Origin: Zancudomyces culisetae HAW-14-8
Lineage: Eukaryota > Fungi > Kickxellomycota
Assembly: GCA_052426225.1 (NCBI GenBank)
Contig: JBNJNM010000011.1
Location: 4,092,001 to 4,156,000 of the forward strand
Length of the DNA: 64,000 bases
Direction: 5' to 3'
This document shows, piece by piece, positions 56,574-64,000 of this stretch (within the stretch, counting starts at the first letter, position 1; every line of letters begins with the position of its first letter). The position numbers and the translations under genes are program-made. The notes below the pieces were generated by a model that saw only the letters and a list, made by a program, of their open reading frames with translations, ran no database searches and was not told the origin of the DNA.

Positions 56574-59390
56574 TTAGTTAGATACTACATAGTCACTAGG
56601 AGCCAAGTAAAAGGAAACAAGCCAGACAAAGTAGCTGAAGCATAAAATCGAGCCCTTAAAGTAGTTGGATTTTCCCTCGATAAGCACATACGTCAAAAGA
56701 AAGACGCTGAAAATAGAAGCCACCAGATCCCAGCGACTAAAAATGAGGGTGAAGATATAGTTAGCATTGTCAAAAGTCAGTGAATCGCCTACACGCGCGA
56801 TTGAAGAGCTTGCAGGTCTCAGTAGGTTATGGTAGGCCAAATCCAAAGGAGAGAGGGTGGGGTCCTTAATTAAATTTACAAAATACTGAAGCATAAAAGT
56901 TGGTCTTAGCTGAGTACTTGAATTAGAAAGAGCGGCTGAGGAGGGAGAAGGAGATATAAAGACGGATGATAGGAAGAGCAGAGCAGGGATTTGCAGTAAA
57001 GAGACCTGTACAGTGTATGCGTTGCAAATCTCAAGAGCTAGTGAGATGTTGTGTTGGATGGCAAAGGCGATAGCATTGACAAACTCGGTAACACTTGGAA
57101 CCAAGGCAAACAGAGTCATACCCAAAAACTTTTCGCTAAAACCGGCACCAGAAATAACAACATCGACAGTGTCAACCAACACTTCAGCAATTAGCGAAAA
57201 TGCCAGTGTACAGAGACACAAAATCAACGCTGACTTGGTTTTGCTCCAATTGGGAGCATCGTGGTGACCGCCTCCTTGTTGTTCACTCTTCCACTCGAGA
57301 ACATCTTGATCCGGTAGTTGGTCTTCTGGATCAGCTGCGTATATAGGTTTCATCTGAGAAAGCTTAACAACAGATGGGGAAGGCAGTATTGGCGAATCTG
57401 TAGTGTGACCTGCCCTTTTTTTTATGCCGGAGATGTGACTGTGTGGTTCAGCTGATGAAAATGTAACACGTTGCTTAGTTTGGGAGCCGAACTCACTATC
57501 AGTCAGACCAAGGTGTATAGGGCTATTTTCTTTTGCGTTGAGTTGAACTAGCCGCTTTAAGGTGCGCCACAAACCCTCAACACGGTCGTTGATAGAAATA
57601 TTTTGGCTGTATATGTGGGCGGCATGTGTATTAAGTGCAAACCACAACGCAACCAGATACGAGCCTAATAGCACAGCCGCGCAAAAGTACGTGAACGGGC
57701 GGACAGTAGTGAGGAAGAATTGGTCCTTGACAGGGTGGAGAGGTCTCTGTACACATCTGCCCATTGATACATACTGCTTGCCATGCTTCATTCCAAATGT
57801 GTTTTCGTTGTTCTGCTCACATAGTATTTCGGAATTTCCAAATGTATGATAAAATATCGTTGGCGCAAATGACCCAATCATCCCCATAATAATCAACGTG
57901 GCAGTCACACCTGCACTCTTGGCATTGAAGCGCTGCTCTTTCGATTTGATTCCGCCTGCTATCATACTTACTCCCGGCATTAATAACATTCCTGCCAGAA
58001 ACGATCCAATCAAACTACCCTGCACCAACTCCAACTTGCCCTGTGCAAGCGCCATAGAATACAAAATTACTTCTATTATTGATCCAAATGTTGCGTTGAT
58101 CACTGCTCCCATTCCGAATGAGGACTGTGCTGATATTGATGATACTGCCTGTCCTATGAAATATGCTAATGGAATGGTCGCAACCAAACACAACGAGAAC
58201 AATAACCCTGGCTGTGTAAGTGGACTCTTATGGTCTGTTATAGGTCCTACTACAAACGCTAAAACCAACACGCCCACCACCACCGAAAGAAGATTGATAA
58301 ATATAATGTTCACACCATCCACGGTATACTTGTAGTAGTAAAACCCAAACGCCTCGTTTGTACATAATAAAGTTTTACTGTTAGCTTCAGCCTCCTCTTG
58401 TGGATCCTGCCTTCTTGCATCTTCATCAAGTATAAAGTGTAGCGAAAGCGGATCTCTCCACATATACTTTAATAGCGTAAGCGTCAGCTTGCCCATTGGA
58501 ATTGAAAATACGCACAACCAGCTTAAAAGTGAGATGGCAAGGTAAGTAGGGCCAAATTTAGTAATGTAAAATATGTAATACACTATCTTTCCCAACAGAA
58601 TTCCCGACGTTCGCCTGCCATACCTTCCGTTTCTACTGTTTTGCAGCAATAGCTGTTCATTTTCCAGATCTACCGCCACTGATCCACGTGAGTCAAGGCT
58701 CGTACCCCGCCCAGCCTCCTGTGACCCGTCCACAAGTTGTTCTTCTATGTCCCCGCCCCTCTGGCTCAGCTTTATTCTCTCTACTCTTCTTCCAAAAGGC
58801 CAGAACATATACCATCCCAACTCCCATAAAACTCTTCCGTATTCCTTACCTCCAAAGGGAATGATATACATTATTATTCCATGAACCACTGTCATCAAAC
58901 CTAGCCACCATCCCACTAATAAAAACCATAGTATGTTCCCTGGGTTTGCCATAAGACTTCTAGACTGCTTCGGTTTGCTATGAAGCGCCAAAAACGCTGC
59001 TCTTGTCACACTTCGTGATTTTTTATACAGGGCAGCCTTCCAAATGGGAAGCCCAAAAAGATGTATTTCATTCATCGTCTCCTGCCTAACTTTTATATCT
59101 CCTTCATCCAACTCATCCTCGTCTATGTCATTGGATTCGTCCTCATCCGTAACCCCTGTGGCAGAATCTACATTTTCATTTTCATCACTTTGCGTTTCTG
59201 TTGCCTCGTCAATATAAAACCTGTTGTGCTCTTTATCTTTACCTTTACTTCTTGCTGCATTTTTTCCTTTCCCCCCTCGACTCCTGATACTTGCAGCCCT
59301 TTCTTGGTTTTCTTCTTCGAAATCTATAAGACTTGAATCCCTGTGCTTTGAGCTGGAGGGGGAGCTTGAATTGCTTCTATCCTCATCCAT
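56574..59390 (-). CDS. VNX1: Vacuolar cation/H+ antiporter Vnx1 (type II CAX)
   Basis: FGLPIWKAALYKKSRSV, YccF/DUF307-like GNILW..GWW..Y..WPFG, YYKYTVDGVNIIFIN, alpha-1 NATFGSIIE, alpha-2 ALVPSVTEFVNA, GHHDAPNWSKTKS, EGKSNYFKGSIL. Confidence 0.93.
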   Translation of the reverse strand: MDEDRSNSSSPSSSKHRDSSLIDFEEENQERAASIRSRGGKGKNAARSKGKDKEHNRFYIDEATETQSDENENVDSATGVTDEDESNDIDEDELDEGDIKVRQETMNEIHLFGLPIWKAALYKKSRSVTRAAFLALHSKPKQSRSLMANPGNILWFLLVGWWLGLMTVVHGIIMYIIPFGGKEYGRVLWELGWYMFWPFGRRVERIKLSQRGGDIEEQLVDGSQEAGRGTSLDSRGSVAVDLENEQLLLQNSRNGRYGRRTSGILLGKIVYYIFYITKFGPTYLAISLLSWLCVFSIPMGKLTLTLLKYMWRDPLSLHFILDEDARRQDPQEEAEANSKTLLCTNEAFGFYYYKYTVDGVNIIFINLLSVVVGVLVLAFVVGPITDHKSPLTQPGLLFSLCLVATIPLAYFIGQAVSSISAQSSFGMGAVINATFGSIIEVILYSMALAQGKLELVQGSLIGSFLAGMLLMPGVSMIAGGIKSKEQRFNAKSAGVTATLIIMGMIGSFAPTIFYHTFGNSEILCEQNNENTFGMKHGKQYVSMGRCVQRPLHPVKDQFFLTTVRPFTYFCAAVLLGSYLVALWFALNTHAAHIYSQNISINDRVEGLWRTLKRLVQLNAKENSPIHLGLTDSEFGSQTKQRVTFSSAEPHSHISGIKKRAGHTTDSPILPSPSVVKLSQMKPIYAADPEDQLPDQDVLEWKSEQQGGGHHDAPNWSKTKSALILCLCTLAFSLIAEVLVDTVDVVISGAGFSEKFLGMTLFALVPSVTEFVNAIAFAIQHNISLALEICNAYTVQVSLLQIPALLFLSSVFISPSPSSAALSNSSTQLRPTFMLQYFVNLIKDPTLSPLDLAYHNLLRPASSSIARVGDSLTFDNANYIFTLIFSRWDLVASIFSVFLLTYVLIEGKSNYFKGSILCFSYFVWLVSFYLAPSDYVVSN

Positions 59391-61537
59391 TTGAAAAATC
59401 TTTTGTAATTGTGACCGTTTTCTCTCTTTTATTTCTTATTGTTGGTATAGTTGTATGAATATCTATATCGATGTGTTTTGTGTATGAATTCTATTATTAT
59501 TTTATTTTTGCTGCATTAATTCTCACTTTTCAGAAAAACATATTGTTGCCTTTCTGGTCTTTTGCTCCTTTATTTATTTTCGGTTAAAGCCGGGTTGAAA
59601 TATTCAAAAAAAAAAACCCCCCCGTTTTCGTTTTGGGATATGTTGTCCACTCACCTTCTAATCCGTTCCCTAAAACTCGAAATTTTAGGAACTACAAAGT
59701 GTCGATACTGTAAGCTAATTCGTTTCTTTCAAGAAAAATATAAATGCATTACCTAACTCATTTGTGTTGTTTTTCACGAATATAAATAAACAGAGCCTAA
59801 AGCTAATATTTCAGCTACATTAAAATATTTTTTTTAGGGATTTTAATAGGTTCCGGCATATTGAACCGATAAATTGCAACGCACACATTTATTAACTCTG
59901 GAGGCATCTATCTTGCTTTGGGTATTGCACTTTCCGAAAAATGCACTCATCTTTGTCACCATTCTACCTGTTCACGATGGTACAATGTAGTTTTTTTTTC
60001 TCTAATTTGACGCTCAAAGTTTCAATTAAATCCTAGCCTTCACTGAAGTGAAAAAAAAAGACAACACAGTACAATGTAACGGAAAAAATATGTTTATCAT
60101 TCACTTGATAGATAGTTCCAATTGAAGAAAAAGATAAGGAACGATTGCCTTATTTCTTTGGAAGGAAAATACATTCACTACCACTACACTTTATGCTAAA
60201 CCTGAGACTTAGTGCATGTTTTGTTTATCAATGTGAAGTAAGGTTCGTTTGCGAATCTTTTTCTGTTACAAATTAGCAAATGATTAAACAAGCAAGTGAG
60301 TAAAGTGCTGTACACCAAACAAACAAATGGAGGAAGAAAGAAATCAGCAGTGCAAAAATACACCATATGACTTTTTTGGATCTGCATCAACCACGATGTA
60401 AATATCGCGAAAATTACTTTACATTCTTCTAAATCAGCGGACAGTTCATTTTGCGCTGATATCGTCTGGCATCTGACTGTTCCTGATGTCAAAATATCAT
60501 GACACGTACTTTATTCATTCCAAAAATGAGTAAGCGTGCTGAACCCCATCACCACATACCTGGCCCCTTCTACCACTATCTTGAAGTTTTATAAGTATGC
60601 TGTTCAAAAAAAATGTAAAATTCATAAAAACACACCCACATTTTATACAGGAAGCTGAAAATTGTTTATTCCAGCACACTGGATTTATCCCCACCATCTC
60701 TCGCTAATATGCAAAAAAAAAGACATTGGTGGTGTAAAATGAAAATTTTGAAGCTAAATGTCGGAAGAGGTGGTAGGTGTGTGCATAGAGACTTTATAAT
60801 GTCGTTTATTTTCATTCCATTTCTTGCTCCTCTATACACGCTCTGTAAGGTATGGTAGTTGTGCAACGTTTATGGGGTACACCTAGTTGTGAAACTGAAA
60901 AAAAAAACACACTTAGATATCCCGTAAAATCGCAATATTCAAAGGAAGAATGGTCGAGCTAGGAATAAAATACAGTGTTATGTGTCGAGTGCTTGTGCAG
61001 CATAGCCAAAAGTCCTGCAAGAATGATTATTGTCAAAAACAAAAAGACATTGTAGAACTTATAGCCTGCAAATTTAGGCTAGGGTAGCTAGGCTATAAGT
61101 TACATATATCTCTTTTACAGCAAAAGTGATACTATAAATGACATATATGCTCAAAAAAATATATGTATTTACCGCTTATAGCACTACAATCCATATCGTT
61201 TTTTCTTCAGAAAACATGTATATTTGAAAATGTGTGTAGCCTGCTTTCTAGGATCCAACTTTCACCAAATTGTTGGATTTATTGTTGTAGCTCCTCCCAT
61301 AATCGCCTATAGAAAATAGCAAAGAAACCAAATCACACAAATTGACACTTTTGCCCAATAAAAAGTTGTCAAACCACCTAGGGTATTAATTCTAACGAAA
61401 TTTCCTCCAAAAGCAAAAAACGAAAAAAAAAATTTCATCAGTAAAAAATATTAGAAAAAATTAGCAGCTGAATCTCTTTTAGACCTTAAGTACAAAAATT
61501 AAAGTGTCTGTATTTTGGTAAATAGAACAGATTAAAA

Positions 61538-62383
61538 ATGGTAAGTATAGTGATATATCAAGGGATAACATTTTAAATGGGTCTAGAGCGCAAATGGGTT
61601 TGTTTTGCATATATGTACACACCAACAATCGATATACGGGGTCCCTTTGCTAGCGAGATTTTTTAAGTGGGAGTTCTATTCCTCAAAAAAATTTGAATCC
61701 TTCAGAATGGACAGGGAGTTGGAACTTGTAAATAGTTGAATCCGAAATGAAAAGAAACGTATTACAGTATTGAATTCAACACGCTCAAAGATGAGACTCA
61801 TTAACCAAAATATCGAATGTTGAACATATAACACCCAGAGGCTAATAAAAGAAACATTCTCGATTGTGGGAACATGTCTCTTGTTATTAAGTAGCTCTGG
61901 ACCCATTATCATGATTTTACTAACTGTGTGCTTTTTGAATTGCCAGCTCAGATTGTGGTTCTAACGTGTGTGCTTTTTACTGTTTAGGTCGAAGGAACTG
62001 TAACCATCAGAACTAGAAAGTTTGTATCAAACCCATTGCTCTCCAGAAAGCAAATGGTTGTGGATATCATCCACCCAGGGTCAGCAGGAGTTAGCAAAAG
62101 CGATATTAGAGAGAAGCTTGCATCAATGTACAAAGCAAATAAGGACGCAATCTTTGTCTTTGGTTTCAAGATCCACTTCGGAGGTGGTAAATCTACCGGT
62201 TTTGCTTTAATATACGACTCGTACGAGAGTGCACTCAAATTCGAACCAAAGTATAGACTATTGAGACACGGAATCGGAGAGGCCAGAAAATCATCCCGCA
62301 AACAACGCAAGGAGAGAAAGACCCGTCTCAAGAAGTTGCGTGGTACTGCCAAGACCAAGGGACCAAAGAAGGCCAAGGAATAA
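61538..62383 (+). CDS. RPS24: 40S ribosomal protein eS24; exons 61538-61540 (ATG only) and 61988-62383
   Basis: ATG|GTAAGT...TTTAG|GTC gives [53 protein letters not shown]. Confidence 0.97.
61576..61907 (+). promoter_or_regulatory. Long-range intronic RNA stem: 61576-61589 pairs with 61894-61907 in the RPS24 intron
   Basis: AATGGGTCTAGAGC and GCTCTGGACCCATT are reverse complements over 14 bp with one G-U pair. They lie 35 nt after the donor and 10 nt before TACTAAC (61918-61924). Confidence 0.65.
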
Positions 62384-62600
62384 ACTGTTATTTTATTCTT
62401 TTGTTTACTTTTTAATTTTTTGTTTTATTTATCAACATAAAATAAACACCTGTTTTAAACTTTATGTTTAAATGTGTATGCGTCTATGGTTAAAGATGCG
62501 TACAACTTGTGAAAGCAATGCTCTATCTTGACTCCCATCAGAAGTGTTTTCTTGACTTGTAGATTGATGAGTGTGTTGTATACACCCATTATCAATCTGA

Positions 62601-62866
62601 AATATGATTTACCTACAACTTATATATCCCGAGCATAAGCAGAGGCATATAGCGATAGGGAGGATAAGAACAGGTAGGTTCTGAACAGCAGAGAGGCTGG
62701 TAAAGTTGGAGACAGTAGATGAAAAGTTCAAGACCAGGTGCCCATTTTGTAAAAAAAAAACAGCGCAGAAACCATTGAACATATTCTACTGGACTGTAAA
62801 TACTCGCTGGAGTTAGGTATAAAACTCTGGAACGTATCCAGGGAAGATTTTATACACTATAGTACT
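62601..62866 (+). mobile_element. Decayed 3' fragment of a non-LTR retrotransposon ORF2 (C-terminal zinc-finger region)
   Basis: LQLIYPEHKQRHIAIGRIRTGRF*TAERLVKLETVDEKFKTRCPFCK/SAETIEHILLDCKY is a CxxC..ETxxHxxxxC (zf-RVT-like) motif, with a TGA at 62682-62684 and a frameshift in the A10 run at 62751-62760. Boundaries are approximate. Confidence 0.75.
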
Positions 62867-64000
62867 TCATTTTTTAAAAAATTGAAAAATATAGCGATAT
62901 CGACTATTGACAGCGACTAAAATCACACAACATCTTAAATAAAATATTACCTTTAAAACAAGCCTAAAAACATTAAAAACCATAAGAAAAAAAAAGATAT
63001 ATAGCAATAAAAAAACATAAGAAAAAACATAAAAAGATAACAAAAAGATAACAAAAAAAGTTATAAAAAACCCAAAAAACATAGTAAAAAGTACCCAAAA
63101 GGTCATAAAAAACTCATAAAAAACACGTCTAAACCGAGATTAGTACTGATCTCAACACATTTAGTCCAACTGAACATAAATTTAAACCCAAATCTACCAA
63201 ATTTAACTGATCCAAAAACAAAAAAACCAAGAAACGTCTGCGAAGATATGGCATCAACGCAGACGAAAGAAAAGTCTTACGCGCAAACTGCGCAAAGTGG
63301 CAGCTACCAAGCTGCAAGGGGAGGAAGAGCGGTGCTCTACCAACAATACTCCGTCCTATACTGGGTCGATGAGAGACCCAATGTAGGAAACATGATGGTA
63401 TGCAGAACTAGAGATGAGCGAAAATTCGCCATCAGAACTAGAAGTATCAATGAGAACTATGACGCGGCAGTGAGAGAGATATCTGATACCTTAAAAGATT
63501 TTGAAATCTCATTTGACCAAGATAGAGAAAGAGGCGTCCTGTTTGTCTGGTTCACAACACTGGAAGAAGCAGAAGAGGCCAGAAAAATTGAGGAAACAAT
63601 AACAGGAAAGGAGCTAAACCTGTATAACACTTTCCAACATTCAGAAAAGACGAAGGTGGTAACTATACCATCCTTTAAGAATGATGAAATACATGGCTTT
63701 GTGAAGAATTTGTACGAAGAGCTAAGTCAGTATGGTGAAGTTGCAGATATAATGGCACTGAGGGTGCCGGGCAACAACCATTTCTTTGTCAATAGCTTAA
63801 AAGTATTGATTAAGATGCACGACTTAGCCATATTGCCCACCACGTTAGTAGTAAAAGATGAGAAGGTCAATCTTATCTGGGATGGGGCCCCAGCTTCATG
63901 CACATACTGCAAGAAGGAAGGCCACTGGAAAAGCGAGTGCCCTGAACTGGCAAAACTAAGGAAAAGAGGCAGACCGGACAAGTACAGGGAGATGATGAAC
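62867..64000 (+). mobile_element. 5' end of a LINE-type non-LTR retrotransposon: A-rich 5' UTR plus ORF1, runs off the right edge
   Basis: An about 380-nt strongly A-biased leader followed by an uninterrupted ORF1-like frame. The 5' boundary is approximate. Confidence 0.75.
63248..64000 (+). CDS. LINE ORF1 (gag-like) protein: RRM-like region + CCHC zinc knuckle, partial
   Basis: Not in the ORF track. ATG at 63248, 251 open codons: MASTQTKEKSYAQTAQ...LYEELSQYGEVADI...LPTTLVV...LIWDGAPASCTYCKKEGHWKSECP (CX2CX4HX4C). Confidence 0.85.
   Translation, partial: MASTQTKEKSYAQTAQSGSYQAARGGRAVLYQQYSVLYWVDERPNVGNMMVCRTRDERKFAIRTRSINENYDAAVREISDTLKDFEISFDQDRERGVLFVWFTTLEEAEEARKIEETITGKELNLYNTFQHSEKTKVVTIPSFKNDEIHGFVKNLYEELSQYGEVADIMALRVPGNNHFFVNSLKVLIKMHDLAILPTTLVVKDEKVNLIWDGAPASCTYCKKEGHWKSECPELAKLRKRGRPDKYREMMN

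Noticed and set aside
62561-62684. Possible C/D-box snoRNA (TTGATGA 62564, CTGA 62597 and 62681) and hairpin 62561-62598
   Set aside because: Most of the span is better explained as LINE ORF2 remnant, I recognised no rRNA-complementary guide, and the hairpin would sequester the C box.
1-64000. CRISPR arrays, tRNA or rRNA genes, prokaryotic operons
   Set aside because: None recognised by eye and the window is intron-containing eukaryotic DNA. A tRNAscan-SE/Infernal run would be needed to exclude small RNAs formally.

Overview
Eukaryotic, AT-rich, gene-dense chromosomal DNA with short GT-AG spliceosomal introns (GTAAGT-type donors, CTAAY branch sites). Gene content and style point to an early-diverging fungus, plausibly Zoopagomycota/Harpellales (inference, not verified). 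About 21 protein-coding genes are supported: a FYVE-like/SAP (RNF34/RFFL-like) gene cut by the left edge, EXO70, a GH5 EGCrP2/Egh1-type glycosidase, a Polo-like kinase, an ICE2/NARG2-like gene, a cytochrome P450, 14-3-3, CDC7, a small secreted protein, a BORCS6-like gene, DOM34, ALG3, a class III-derived Zn-ADH, a Sir2 sirtuin, La, ZSWIM7/Sws1, two EBP paralogues, NSP1/NUP62, VNX1 and RPS24. The right end holds a decayed LINE ORF2 3' fragment abutting an apparently intact LINE 5' end with ORF1. Several genes are missing or fragmented in the ORF track and were rebuilt by hand from splice signals. Most notable: (1) a convergent EBP sterol-isomerase pair in which one copy has lost most catalytic residues; (2) an RPS24 intron with a 14-bp long-range stem and a duplicated branch/3' splice module giving unproductive alternatives; (3) a Polo kinase whose polo-box phospho-binding residues are gone; (4) a GSNOR-type ADH with class I-like active-site substitutions; (5) a P450 without the acid-alcohol pair; (6) several animal-type genes or domains not known from budding yeast. 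All family calls come from motif recognition by eye; no database search was run.
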